Assembly (NCBI GenBank): GCA_965248355.1
Contig: OZ252098.1
Coordinates: forward strand, 3,936,001-4,000,000
DNA length: 64,000 nt
Direction: 5' to 3'
DNA from: Candidatus Latescibacterota bacterium
Lineage (GTDB): Bacteria > Latescibacterota > UBA2968 > UBA8231
Both the position numbers and the translations under genes were made by a program. The notes under the pieces are model-generated. The model worked only from the letters and a program-made list of their open reading frames with translations. It did no database searches and was not told the origin of the DNA. How positions within the stretch are numbered: the stretch's first letter is position 1; each line of letters begins with the position of its first letter. Below are positions 19,018 to 29,121 of this stretch, piece by piece.

Positions 19018-20391
19018 TCATTTCCCCTTAGATGGCTGCTTCTTCCAAATAGACCGCTCCATTTCATCTATGAAAAACTGCCGATATACCGATGGGGCAT
19101 TCAGGACATTCCCTTCGCCGTCAATTTCCAGGGAGTGAATACGGACGTCGAGGTCGCGCCGTTCGAAGAAGAGGATAGAAATGTCTTCGGGCTTCAGGTT
19201 TCCCTCGCCGTCTCGGACATCCATCCGCACACGACTGAGCAGGTGATCGCTATGAGTTTCGACTACCAACTGCCGGTGAGGGTTGGCGACTTGACAGAAC
19301 AAGCTACCAAGAGCGGCCTGGGCGCTGGGATGGAGATGTACTTCGGGTTGCTGCAACAGAAACATGGACGGGGCATCGGAACGAAGCAACTCGGTAATGA
19401 CGGGGAGCACTTGGCTTACCCCATATCCTACGTCAATTAGGTTCCTTTGGAGTCCCTTGACTTTCCTCCCCGCTCTGCGGATCTGCACCTGGAAGGGTTC
19501 TGTCTCCTTCTTCCCGAAAGACTTCACCGAGATTTCATCAAAAAGGCCGGCAGCGTGCCCGAAAGTCTCCAGAGCGTCTTTGAGGGTTGCCCACTGCTCT
19601 CTTGAGCGGAAGTGCAAGCTGGACAGATACATGGGGATGTACTCGCCTTCGGGGTCCTGTGTCGGACGTGCAGGATCGTATGTGCGACGTGGCTTGGACC
19701 GAACTGGTGCGCTGGCATAAGGGCCATCCCCTTGAGAGGGAATGAGTTCTACGCGACTGAAGCGAACTACCTCTTCGACTTGCTCGAGATCCGCTTTGGT
19801 AGGCTCGCGCGAACCGGAGACTGCTGTCAACGGATGGTTGTCTTCGGTTGCATTTATCGAATGCCAAAGCCTCGAGAAAAGAGAAAAGGGTTCCCTATGG
19901 GCCCAATCCAGGAAACGGAGGGTTTCGTCAGACAGGTCACACTTCCAAGAGCCGCTCTTGGTTCCAAAGCGGGTCTCTTTGTGTGAGGGTCTGAATTCGA
20001 TCCACACATCCTTCTTGGAGAGGCGTCTGCGCTCTGGAACGGGGACAGCGTCCCTTTTCTCAAAAGTTGCTTCAAACCGAAATGGTTCATTCCGTATGAG
20101 TTCAGCCAGGCTAGATTGAAGCCGGTACTCAAAACCGGCCTGAAAAGTATCTGGTCGACCGGCGCGCCCTCCTCGGTAATGGGCGATCTCATCGAAGCTA
20201 CCGAGGTCGTAGGGAGCTTCCTTGAAGTTGGGATCCTTTTCCTGATAGGCAATTTCCCACAGTGCTTTGATCAGGGCCAGAAAGGAGGTCTTGCCTGTGC
20301 TGTTTTCGCCGACGAGCAGTGTCAGGGGTGCCAAGCGGGCGCCCTGTTTTTCCCCGAAACAGCGAAAGTTCTCTATTGTCACTCTGTCCAT
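19018..20391 (-). CDS. ABC/AAA_21-type ATPase with DUF3696-like C-terminus
   Basis: IENFRCF, Walker A GENSTGKT, DVGYGVSQVLP, QQPEVHLHP, VETHS. Confidence 0.85.
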   Translation of the reverse strand: MDRVTIENFRCFGEKQGARLAPLTLLVGENSTGKTSFLALIKALWEIAYQEKDPNFKEAPYDLGSFDEIAHYRGGRAGRPDTFQAGFEYRLQSSLAELIRNEPFRFEATFEKRDAVPVPERRRLSKKDVWIEFRPSHKETRFGTKSGSWKCDLSDETLRFLDWAHREPFSLFSRLWHSINATEDNHPLTAVSGSREPTKADLEQVEEVVRFSRVELIPSQGDGPYASAPVRSKPRRTYDPARPTQDPEGEYIPMYLSSLHFRSREQWATLKDALETFGHAAGLFDEISVKSFGKKETEPFQVQIRRAGRKVKGLQRNLIDVGYGVSQVLPVITELLRSDAPSMFLLQQPEVHLHPSAQAALGSLFCQVANPHRQLVVETHSDHLLSRVRMDVRDGEGNLKPEDISILFFERRDLDVRIHSLEIDGEGNVLNAPSVYRQFFIDEMERSIWKKQPSKGK

Positions 20392-20587
20392 TGGATGCCC
20401 CTCTTCCTTGCGCGGCACCGGCGGAGTATGCGGGGAGCACTACTTTGATGGCCCTGAGGATAGAAGGGGGAGACAACGATGGCAAGGTAGAGGGTGTCGG
20501 GAGCCCCCTGGATGTGGGAGTGTGCTTGGGAGGCCGGGTTGTTGGGGGTAGTCACGGACCAGTGTAGGGACTGGCTTTAGATGCACG

Positions 20588-20915
20588 AACCCCCCCCAGG
20601 CCGGCGCCCCACCGGATCGAGTGGCGCCGGAGTCACCCCCGGCCCAGCACCCCCACCGGGCGCCACCCGGCCCAGAAACAGTGTGTGTGGGCGGGTCCCC
20701 ACCCAGGGCGGTGACGGCGGCGCAGGCCGAGCCGAGCGGCGCATTACGCGGGCCGGGGTCAACAACCAACCTCATCCAAGAGGCCCAGAGACCCGAGCCC
20801 AGCGAGGGGCTCGCCAGCCCCACGAACCACCCCCCGTCGATAGATCCACCACGAAGGCCCCGCGTACGCGCCGCCGAGGCGCGGACGGAGCCGCCGGCAC
20901 CGCCCCCTCCCAGAA
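20588..20915 (+). repeat. Dispersed repeat, copy G (full length), directly upstream of the ilvD remnant
   Basis: Colinear with copy F. Confidence 0.92.
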
Positions 20916-20983
20916 CCCCCCACCCACCCCCATCTTCAAACCACCCAACCCAACCCATCCCATCCCCCACCCGGACCCCCAAA

Positions 20984-21452
20984 ATGCCCCCCTCCGACTA
21001 CCGATCCTCCATCACCACCCAGGGCCGCCGCATGGCCGGCGCCCGCGCCCTCTGGCGCGCCACCGGCATGAAGACCGAGGACTTCCTCAAACCCGTCGTC
21101 GCCATCGCCAACAGCTTCACCCAGTTCGTCCCCGGCCACGTCCACCTCCACCCCATCGGCCAGCGCGTCAAGCAAGTCGTCGACGCCGCCGGCGGCTACG
21201 GCGTCGAGTTCAACACCATCGCCGTGGACGACGGCATCGCCATGGGCCACGACGGCATGCTCCTACATCAAGGCCAGGCAGCTCGGCGCCCGCTGCGCCC
21301 TGCTCACCGACGGACGGTTCTCGGGCGGCACCAGCGGCCTCTCCATCGGCCACGTCTCGCCCGAGGCGGCCTACGCGGCGCTGACCACGAGCGCCGCCCG
21401 GGGGGCGGTGCGCGACGTGAGCCAGGTGCAGCCCCGCGCCGGAGGAGACTGA
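20984..21452 (+). pseudogene. ilvD: Dihydroxy-acid dehydratase remnant with two large internal deletions
   Basis: N-terminus ([44 protein letters not shown]), then [26 protein letters not shown] in a shifted frame, then C-terminus [15 protein letters not shown]. Confidence 0.92.
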
Positions 21453-21471
21453 GGCTCAGCCCCGAGCCTCA
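21450..21471. terminator. Hairpin between convergent genes (possible bidirectional terminator)
   Basis: tgaggctc-N6-gagcctca, 8-bp stem containing both stop codons; no U-tract. Confidence 0.4.
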
Positions 21472-22801
21472 CCCGAAGTCCCAGGCGCCGGGATAGTCCT
21501 CCCCGTACCTGATCAGCGCGGCATGGACGCCGTGGATCGCCTTCTCCGCGGCGTTGACGGCGATCGGCGTGTTGGCGGGGTAGTTGATCGCGCCGGTGCG
21601 CACCCGGTGCAGCACCAGGCCGGTGCGGCCGCCCGCGTGGGGCCATGTCCGCCACCGGCCGCGCCTCGGGACGCAGGGGCAGGCCCGAGGCCAGCAGGTC
21701 GATCACCGTGGACCGGCCGCGGACGGCGAACCCGTCGTCGGGGTCGACGGTCGTGCAGTAGAGCGGATTGCGGTTCTGGCGAATGCCGGAGAAGAACCGG
21801 ACGACGCCGTCGGGGCAGCCGTAGGCGGTGGCCGGGCCTGCGGCGGGCAGCTGCACGGTCGAGGCCCCGGCGGCCGCCGCGGCGGGAGCGAAGGGGTCGT
21901 CCAGGCGCAGGAAGTTGGCACCCTGGTTGCCGGGGTAGGAGCGGGCGGCGATCACGAACCCGCCGCGCCAGCGGATCGGACTGGCCTCGATGGCGGGGAA
22001 GTGGGGGTAGAACAGCAGCGGTCCGGTCTCGACCCATTCGTAGCGGTGGCGCTCGCGGTTGTAGCGATGGCGCACGGCGGCCACGCGGTTGCCGCCGAAG
22101 TGGCCGGGCTCCGACCACCCGAACTGGCAGGTGTCGAGCCACTCGTCGGCGGCGCCGGTGAGGGGCACCGGGTTGACGAGGCCGTGGTTGATGTCGCCCG
22201 GATCCTCGACACTGCAGCGGTAGGGGCCGGTCTCGTAGCCGACCTGGCGCAGCTCGGTTGCCGGCTGGAGGACCTCGATGTCGTCGTCGGTGTCGTTCAG
22301 GCGGAACTGGACCGCCGGCACGTGCAGGGTCCGCCGCATCAGCTCGTGCGTCTCGATCCCCTTGTAGAGGGTGCCGTCCTCGCGGTAGGCGCGGGCGTTG
22401 CGGTACCACTTGGCGACGAAGAGGTTGGCGTGGGCCGGCACGACGCCCCGGATGCGGGCGCCCTTGGGCACGCCGAAGACGGAGGGCGCGCCATTGGTCT
22501 GGAAGTAGGCCCCGCCGTCGCCGGGGTTCCAGTCGGGGAGGGTGGCGGCGAGCATCCCCTCCTTCAGCACCGGACCGAGGTAGCTGCCGGCGCGGACCTG
22601 GTAGACGATGCTGCGGTCCTCGTCGATGCCGCGCCAGCCGCGGGTGGCGTAGAGGATGAGGAAGCGGTCCCTGCTGAGCTGCGCGCCGTTCGGGTGGGCC
22701 GGGAAGACGTCGTCGCTGCGCCGCTCGCCTTCGAGGCCGCACTCCTGCAGGAATACGCCGTTCGGTTGGATCGACGCCCCGCCGGGCGATGGGCGCCTCA
22801 C
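21469..22801 (-). pseudogene. Hypothetical protein with a frameshift near 21640
   Basis: GTG overlaps the GNAT stop; coding-like frame to PVADMA, continuing in another frame as PHAGGRTGLVLHRVR...GAWDFG*. Confidence 0.6.
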
Positions 22802-23358
22802 GCGTGGCCGGCCCCCGCCTCCCACTCCTCCCGGAGGATGGCGAGGCCGTACTGATCGTGCCACTCCCCGTCGAAGAAGACGGTCTCCCTGAAGAAGGCC
22901 TCCCGCTGCATTCCCAGGCGCTCCGCCATGAGGAGCGAGCGGGTGTTCTCACCGTCGCAGTGGGCGGTGATCCGGTGCAGGTCGAGGGTGGTGAAGGCGA
23001 ACTCCAGCATCGCCCGGCTGGCCTCGGTGGCCAGGCCCTGGCCGCGGCAGCCGGCGTGGAGGAACCACCCCATGTCCCCCTGGCCGTGCGCCCGGCTGGT
23101 CACCTTGATGCAGGTGGTGCCGATCACCCGGCCCGTCGCCTTGTGCTCGACGGCCAGGTGCAGGTAGACGCCCTCGGCGTCGAGGGGCAGATCCCGGGAG
23201 GTGGCGATGAACTTCCTCGCCTCTTCTTCCGTGTAGGGCTCCCGGCTCAGGTACTGTGTGTGCCCGGGCTGGGACTCGCAGTCGAGATATTCCGCCAGGT
23301 CCTCGTCCCGCATCCGGCGCAGGATCAGCCGTTCCGTCTCGATGCGGATCTCGGACAC
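22798..23358 (-). CDS. GNAT N-acetyltransferase (RimJ/RimL type)
   Basis: IETERLILR, RGQGLATEA, ENTRS...AERLGM.REA. Confidence 0.9.
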   Translation of the reverse strand: MSEIRIETERLILRRMRDEDLAEYLDCESQPGHTQYLSREPYTEEEARKFIATSRDLPLDAEGVYLHLAVEHKATGRVIGTTCIKVTSRAHGQGDMGWFLHAGCRGQGLATEASRAMLEFAFTTLDLHRITAHCDGENTRSLLMAERLGMQREAFFRETVFFDGEWHDQYGLAILREEWEAGAGHA

Positions 23359-23371
23359 GGCGGCCCGAAGG

Positions 23372-24166
23372 TCAGTCGAAGAGGGAGGGGAAGTAGCGGT
23401 GCGGGTCGGCGGCGTCGCGGAACAGGATCTGCTGGCGCGGGGTCAGCTCGATCCCCTCGGGAGGCTGCATGCGATGGGCCGACCAGGCGATCTGGGAGAC
23501 ACAGTACTTGAAGAGCAGGCAGCGCCGCTCGTGGGGTGCCCTCCAGGCCGCGGTGCCGTGGGTGATGGCCTCGGTGAAGAGGGTCACGGAGCCGGCCGGC
23601 GCCCGGGGCAGGATGACGCACTCGGAGTCCTCGTGGGCCTCCTCCATGTGCTCCGGGATGCGGAAGACGGACTTGTGGGAGCCGGGGATGCAGCAGAAGC
23701 CGCCGTGGCCGGGGCCGGCGTCGGTGAGGTTCCAGGAGACGACGACGAACCCGGTGTGCAGGACGTTCTCCGGGAAGTGGTAGCGCTCGCCCGGGACCGA
23801 GGGGGCGCCGATGGCCGAGGCGCCGTAGTCGGAGTGCAGGTAGCCGCGGGGCGCGCCCTGCCTCGTGCGGATGCCGTAGATGCGGTCCAGCCGGAAGCAG
23901 TCCCCCAGGCGGAACCGCAGGATGGGCAGCAGGCGCTCGTGGTCGAGGAGGTCGCAGAAGGGCGGCCCCCACTGCAGGAACCCGGGGCCTTCGGGCGAGG
24001 ACCCGCAGGCGTCGCCGAAGCGCTGGATGCCCTCCTTGTCGGGGAGGTCCTGCGCGTCGATCAGCGCGTTGAGCGCCGCCACCGCCCCGGCGTCGAGGAC
24101 GTCCTCGACGACCAGGTAGCCCTGCAGGTCGAAGAGGTACTGCTGGCTCTCGAGATCATACTTCAT
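23372..24166 (-). CDS. PhyH-family Fe(II)/2OG dioxygenase (canonical HxD)
   Basis: YLFDLQGYL, LHSD, IPGSHK, FTEAITHGT, RR. Confidence 0.88.
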   Translation of the reverse strand: MKYDLESQQYLFDLQGYLVVEDVLDAGAVAALNALIDAQDLPDKEGIQRFGDACGSSPEGPGFLQWGPPFCDLLDHERLLPILRFRLGDCFRLDRIYGIRTRQGAPRGYLHSDYGASAIGAPSVPGERYHFPENVLHTGFVVVSWNLTDAGPGHGGFCCIPGSHKSVFRIPEHMEEAHEDSECVILPRAPAGSVTLFTEAITHGTAAWRAPHERRCLLFKYCVSQIAWSAHRMQPPEGIELTPRQQILFRDAADPHRYFPSLFD

Positions 24167-24259
24167 TGCGAGCTCCTCGAAGTCGGACGAAACCCGCCGC
24201 CGCCCGGCGCCAGCGGGAGGCCTCCCCGTCGCGGGCGCCTTCCCTCAACGAGAGGCCCC

Positions 24260-25261
24260 TCACCAGCGGACCGTCCGCCGGCCGCCGCCGGGTCCCGCCT
24301 TGAGGATCGCCTCGGCCACGGCCACCGCCTTGATCGCCTCGGTCCCCGGGGTGCGGCACTCGGCCCGGCCGCGGACGCAGTCCAGGAAGTGCCGCGCCTG
24401 GCGCTTGTACATCTGGTTGAAGTCCGCCGGGGCCCGCAGCTGGATCTGGCGGCCGTTCGTCCGGGTGATGCAGAAGTAGGCGTGCTTGCCCTGATCGTCG
24501 GCCGGGGGGCCCTGCGGCCCGGGGCCGAACTCCAGGCCGCCCTTGGGGCCGATGACGTCGTGCAGGCTCTTGCCGCGGGTGCCCCAGGACCAGGAGACCA
24601 GCAACTGATTGCCGCCGGCGTAGCGGACCACGGCCGAGCCCGTGTCGATGGCGGTGACCTCGGGGTTCACCTTGAGCGTGCTCGACACCACGCTCTCGGG
24701 GTCGCCGAAGATCATGTTGGCGAAGTCGTAGTTGTGCACGGCCCCGTCGATGAGGGGGCCGCCGCCGAGCTCCTCGTCCATGAACCAGCGGCCCGGGCCC
24801 AGGCCCGCCGAGCAGTCCCGCCACAGCACCGGGAAGCCGAGACGGCCGGCCTGCACCGCCCGGCCCCAGGTCCCCCAGTGGGCGTCGTAGCGCCGGCATT
24901 GGGCGATCATGAGCAGGGTGCCCGTCTTCGCGCTGACCCGGTTCAGGGCGCGGCACTGGGCGACGGTGCGGGCCATCGGTTTCTCCACAAGCACCGGCAC
25001 GCCGGCCTTGAGGCAGTCGATGGCCACGGCCGCGTGACGGCCCGTGGGCACGGCCACCACCACGGCGCCGACGCCGCCGGCGAGCAGGTCCCGGTAGTCT
25101 TCGTAGACCGTCGCCTTCTTGTGGTCGGCGGCCAGGGCCTCGGCCGCGGGCCTCACGGGGTCGGCCACCGCCGCCACCCGGCAGCCCCGGACCTGGGAGA
25201 AGCTGGCGGCCTGGTGGCGCCCCATGCCCCCGGCGCCGATGAAACCGATGTCGATCATCAT
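24260..25261 (-). CDS. Gfo/Idh/MocA-family oxidoreductase
   Basis: IGAGGMG, VLVEKP, GGGPLIDGAVHNYD. Confidence 0.9.
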   Translation of the reverse strand: MMIDIGFIGAGGMGRHQAASFSQVRGCRVAAVADPVRPAAEALAADHKKATVYEDYRDLLAGGVGAVVVAVPTGRHAAVAIDCLKAGVPVLVEKPMARTVAQCRALNRVSAKTGTLLMIAQCRRYDAHWGTWGRAVQAGRLGFPVLWRDCSAGLGPGRWFMDEELGGGPLIDGAVHNYDFANMIFGDPESVVSSTLKVNPEVTAIDTGSAVVRYAGGNQLLVSWSWGTRGKSLHDVIGPKGGLEFGPGPQGPPADDQGKHAYFCITRTNGRQIQLRAPADFNQMYKRQARHFLDCVRGRAECRTPGTEAIKAVAVAEAILKAGPGGGRRTVRW

Positions 25262-25353
25262 CCCCTCCGTCCCGAATCCTTGCCTGTTGCCTCGGCCCCA
25301 ATCTAGCGTTGTTTGCCTTCCGGTGCATGAAGCCGAACGAGGAGGGGGGGCGT

Positions 25354-26556
25354 TTGAAGATCACGGACGTGCGCGTGCGCGAGGTGTCGATCCCGAGGAT
25401 CTACGGGACCTGGACCGCCGATCCGGACCAGCTGCAGCCCGACACCGACCACCGGCGCTCGCGGTACCAGATCCTGGAGCTGTTCACGGATGCCGGACCG
25501 GTCGGCCTCGGCGAGGTCTCGGACATGGCCGACCGCATGAACCCGCTGCCGCCGGGCCAGCTGCGGGACCTGCTCGCCGGCCAGCTCGTCGGGCGGAATC
25601 TGGAGCGCTGGCGGGACGCCTTCGCCGCCGTGGGCGAGGCCCTGCCCGGGGACTGCCACCCGGAGCTTCGCGGCCTCACCCTCTTCGGCGTCGAGATCGC
25701 GCTGCTCGACCTGGTGGGCAAGAAGCTGGGGGCGCCGCTCCACGAGTTGCTGGGCGGGCGCGTCCACGACCGGGTCGACGTCTGCTGGGTCGCGTACATG
25801 CGCGGCGAGATGACGGCCGAAGCGGAGCTCGAGGCGCTCGCGGAGGAGGTGCGGGACAAGCTGGCCGAGGGCATCCGCGCCTTCAAGATGAAGGTGGGCG
25901 GTGATCCGGGGCGCGACTTGGAGCGGGTGCGCCGGTTCCGGGAGGTGGCGGGCCCCGACATCTACCTGCGCGGCGACGCCAGCGGCGCCTGGACCGAGGA
26001 AGAGGCCGTGGAGCGTCTGCGCGAGCTGGCCGCGGCCGGCGTCCACGCCTGCGAGACCCCCGTCGACGCCGTCAGCCGCCCCGTGGTCAACGACAACCCG
26101 GAGCGCATCAACCGCGACCCCGACGGGGTGACCGCGGTCCTCGCCAGGGTCCGCGAGCGTTCCCCCATCGACATCATCGAGCACGTGGCCGACCTCGACG
26201 ACGCCTTCACCGCCTCCGTCGTCCGCCACCGGGCCGTGGACGTGGTCAACGTCATCCCCTCCCAGGGCGGCGGCCTGCTGCGCGGCCAGCGGCTGATCCA
26301 CACCGCCGGCAGCGGCGGCATCCCGGTCCTGCTGGGCAGCACGGTGGAGCTCGGTCCGGGCACCGCCGCCTTCGTCCACCTCGCCGTGGCCAGCGCCAAC
26401 GTCACCGTGCCCTCCGACCTGGTCAGCCCGGGGCTGCTCGTGGACGACATCTGCGCCACCCCCTTCGAGTACCGAGGCGGCGCCCTGGAACCCCCGGAAG
26501 GTCCGGGCCTCGGCATGGAGCTGGACGAAGCGAGGATGGAGAAATGGGCGGTCTGA
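25354..26556 (+). CDS. Mandelate racemase/muconate lactonizing enzyme family protein
   Basis: EIALLDLVGK..G.PLHELLGG, FKMKVG, GDAS, PEGPGLG; TTG start after GGAGG. Confidence 0.88.
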   Translation: MKITDVRVREVSIPRIYGTWTADPDQLQPDTDHRRSRYQILELFTDAGPVGLGEVSDMADRMNPLPPGQLRDLLAGQLVGRNLERWRDAFAAVGEALPGDCHPELRGLTLFGVEIALLDLVGKKLGAPLHELLGGRVHDRVDVCWVAYMRGEMTAEAELEALAEEVRDKLAEGIRAFKMKVGGDPGRDLERVRRFREVAGPDIYLRGDASGAWTEEEAVERLRELAAAGVHACETPVDAVSRPVVNDNPERINRDPDGVTAVLARVRERSPIDIIEHVADLDDAFTASVVRHRAVDVVNVIPSQGGGLLRGQRLIHTAGSGGIPVLLGSTVELGPGTAAFVHLAVASANVTVPSDLVSPGLLVDDICATPFEYRGGALEPPEGPGLGMELDEARMEKWAV

Positions 26557-27320
26557 TGGGCAGGTACCTGACAGCGGCAGCCGCCGTCGTGATCGCGGCC
26601 ATCGTGGGGACCGCCTCCCCCGGGACCGCGGAGTTCTACTACCGCGGCGGGGTCGTCCTCGACTGGTCCGAGGAGACGCGGTTCCGCGACGTCGACTGCG
26701 CGAGTCAGTCCCCGGCCGCCCTCTACGGCTGCGGCGACGGGATCGACGGCGCCCCCCTGGGCGCGGCGGGGGACTTCCGCACCACCCCCGGAATCGAGCT
26801 CGGCGTCGGCCGCGGGCTGACCTCCTTCCTCCGTCTCGAGGCGGCGGCCCAGTACCGCCCCGGGCTCTCCTTCCGGGGGCGGTCCAATTTCGTGCAGACC
26901 CGGGGGATCCAGGCGGCCTCGGCCGAGCTATCCTCCCTCTCAGGTCTGCTCGCCGCCTACGTGGAGATGCCGGGCTTCGGCGCCGTCGCCCCCTTCCTCG
27001 GAGGCGGCGCCGGCCTGTCCCGCATCGCCATCGGCGACATGCGCCTGCGCTTCCGCAAGACGGATACCATCGTCCCGGGCCAAGGGCGGCTGGACCCCGT
27101 CTGGATGGTGACGGCGGGGGTGTCGGCGGGCCTGGGCGAGTGCTTCATCCTCGATATCGCCTGGCGGTACACGGAGTCCGGCGCCGTCGAGACCGGCCGC
27201 GGCCGGGGGCGGATCGTCTGGCGCGACGGCAGCCACGCGCCCGTGGAGCTCGGCCTGGCCGAGACCCGGGCGGACCTGTCGACCCGTGGACTGCGGGCCT
27301 CGGTGCGCTGGACCCTTTGA
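26556..27320 (+). CDS. Outer-membrane beta-barrel protein (OmpA/opacity-like)
   Basis: Signal peptide, LRLE, PFLGGGAG, LDIAWRY, terminal ASVRWTL strand. Confidence 0.7.
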   Translation: MGRYLTAAAAVVIAAIVGTASPGTAEFYYRGGVVLDWSEETRFRDVDCASQSPAALYGCGDGIDGAPLGAAGDFRTTPGIELGVGRGLTSFLRLEAAAQYRPGLSFRGRSNFVQTRGIQAASAELSSLSGLLAAYVEMPGFGAVAPFLGGGAGLSRIAIGDMRLRFRKTDTIVPGQGRLDPVWMVTAGVSAGLGECFILDIAWRYTESGAVETGRGRGRIVWRDGSHAPVELGLAETRADLSTRGLRASVRWTL

Positions 27321-27331
27321 AGGGAGACGGC

Positions 27332-27994
27332 ATGGCCCCCTTCTTCACCATCTACTTCGCCGGGGACCTCTTCGACCACAAGCATCTCACCGGCAACGCC
27401 ATCCTGGCCGAGGCGATCGAGGAGCACTCCCGGGGCCGGTATCTCTGCGTCGTGCCCCAGGATCTGGAGCAGTCCACGGAGCGCGCCGTCGACATCCGCA
27501 ACCAGGACCTGAAGCAGCTCATGGCCTGCGACCTGGGCCTGTTCAACTTCGACGGCACCGACCTGGACTCCGGCACGGTGGTGGAGTTCATGCTGGCCAA
27601 GATGCTGGACATCCCCTCCGTGATCCTGCGCTCCGACTTCCGCTCCTCCGGCGACCAGGACAAGGACGGCGACGACTGGAACCTGATGTGCTCCTTCTAT
27701 CCGCGCGTCCGGGTGGTCCGGTTCAACGCCATGACCTGGTACCAGCAGGCGATGGGGGATGCGGGAGGGGCGAGCGGCGCCTCGAGCCGCCTCTACGCCA
27801 GGATCGCCGCCGCCGTCATCGAGCAGCTCGACGCGGTGCGGGCCGAGCCGCCCGTCCTCGACGGCGGCGCCAGGCGCCAGGACGAGCTCTACCGCTGGGC
27901 GGCGCGCTTCCCGGGGGGCGGCTTCGAGGCCTGCTGCGGTGCTGGTTTCGTGGAGCAGGTGCTCGAGGCCAAGCGGCGGAAGAAGCTGCTCTGA
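27332..27994 (+). CDS. Nucleoside 2-deoxyribosyltransferase-like protein
   Basis: IYFAGDLF, VPQD, DG..DSGTVVEF. Confidence 0.75.
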   Translation: MAPFFTIYFAGDLFDHKHLTGNAILAEAIEEHSRGRYLCVVPQDLEQSTERAVDIRNQDLKQLMACDLGLFNFDGTDLDSGTVVEFMLAKMLDIPSVILRSDFRSSGDQDKDGDDWNLMCSFYPRVRVVRFNAMTWYQQAMGDAGGASGASSRLYARIAAAVIEQLDAVRAEPPVLDGGARRQDELYRWAARFPGGGFEACCGAGFVEQVLEAKRRKKLL

Positions 27995-27995
27995 G

Positions 27996-29111
27996 TCAGA
28001 CGTACTCGTCGTACAAAGATTCCAGCGCCGCGCACTGCACGGGAGCGTTGTAGCTCCCTTCCACGTGGCGGCGGCCTTCCCGCCCCATCTCCGGCCAGCG
28101 TCCCGGGTCCTCCACCAGGGCGCCGATGCACTCGGCCAGGGCCTCCACGTCGCCTTCGGGCGCCAGCAGGCCGCTGCGGCCGTCGATGACGTACTCGGGG
28201 ATGTCCGCGTGGCGGGTGGCCACCACCGGCAGGCCGGAGGCCTGGGCGTCCAGGAGCACCACGGGAGCCCCGCCCTCGCCGTCCCCGTCCTCGGCGGTGA
28301 GGCTGGCCTGGAGCAGCACGTGGCAGCGCGCCATCTCATCCAGGACCCGCGCGTAGGGCAGGGCGCCCAGGAGCCGCACCCGCTCCCCCAGGCCGGACCG
28401 CACTCGCGCCTCCAGGACCCGGGCTCTCTCCGGTCCGTCCCCGATGAGGATCACCTTGCAGGGAAAGGGGTGCCTCTGAAGCGCCCGGCCCACGGCCATG
28501 AGCGCCTGGGGGATGCCCTTCTTCTCCCGGAAGGAGGCGCAGATCAGGAAGCGCACCTCGTCCGCCGGCACCCGCGGCCGGAAGGGGATGCCCTCCACAT
28601 CCACCCCGAGGCGATGGACCCGCACCTTGTCGGGCGGGCAGCCGGCCTCCACCAGGCGCGCGCCCATGGCGTTTCCCTCCACCAGGACGGCCTCGGCCTC
28701 GTCGAAGAGCCGGCGGTAGCGCCGCAGCCAGCGCGGGTAGCGCAGGTAGCGGGTGCCGTCCTCGCCGTAGAAGCTGACCACCATGGGCAGGCCGGAGGCC
28801 CTCCGGGCGCGCCGGCAGAAGTGGCCCTGGTAGCCGAAGTGGGCGTGGATCAGGTGCGTCCCCTCCCGCTTCAGGAGCCCGCCGTAGAAGGGGTATTGGC
28901 CGGTCGTCTTGCGCACCAGCCGGTTCGCCCACCTGCGCGGGGCGGCCCAGGCGCCGGCGTCGTGGAGCGCCGCCACCGGGAAGCGGTCCAGGTTCTGCGT
29001 CTCCTGGGTGAGCACCACCGGCCGGTAGCGCCGCAGGTGGGTGATCTGGGCGTGGATCCAGCGCGCCGTGAGGGGCAGGTAGGGGGTGACGCAATGGGCC
29101 ACGGTCTTCAT
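27996..29111 (-). CDS. GT4-family glycosyltransferase (WcaL-like)
   Basis: IHAHFG, EKKG, GDGP, GDGEGG.PVV..AQA.GLPVVATRH..IPE. Confidence 0.9.
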   Translation of the reverse strand: MKTVAHCVTPYLPLTARWIHAQITHLRRYRPVVLTQETQNLDRFPVAALHDAGAWAAPRRWANRLVRKTTGQYPFYGGLLKREGTHLIHAHFGYQGHFCRRARRASGLPMVVSFYGEDGTRYLRYPRWLRRYRRLFDEAEAVLVEGNAMGARLVEAGCPPDKVRVHRLGVDVEGIPFRPRVPADEVRFLICASFREKKGIPQALMAVGRALQRHPFPCKVILIGDGPERARVLEARVRSGLGERVRLLGALPYARVLDEMARCHVLLQASLTAEDGDGEGGAPVVLLDAQASGLPVVATRHADIPEYVIDGRSGLLAPEGDVEALAECIGALVEDPGRWPEMGREGRRHVEGSYNAPVQCAALESLYDEYV

Positions 29112-29121
29112 GGCAACCGCG

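Noticed and set aside
2271..20915. Dispersed repeats as a CRISPR array or integron attC sites
   Set aside because: Spacing is kilobases and irregular, no cas or intI gene is present, no RYYYAAC/GTTRRRY ends are seen, and intervening genes have mixed orientation
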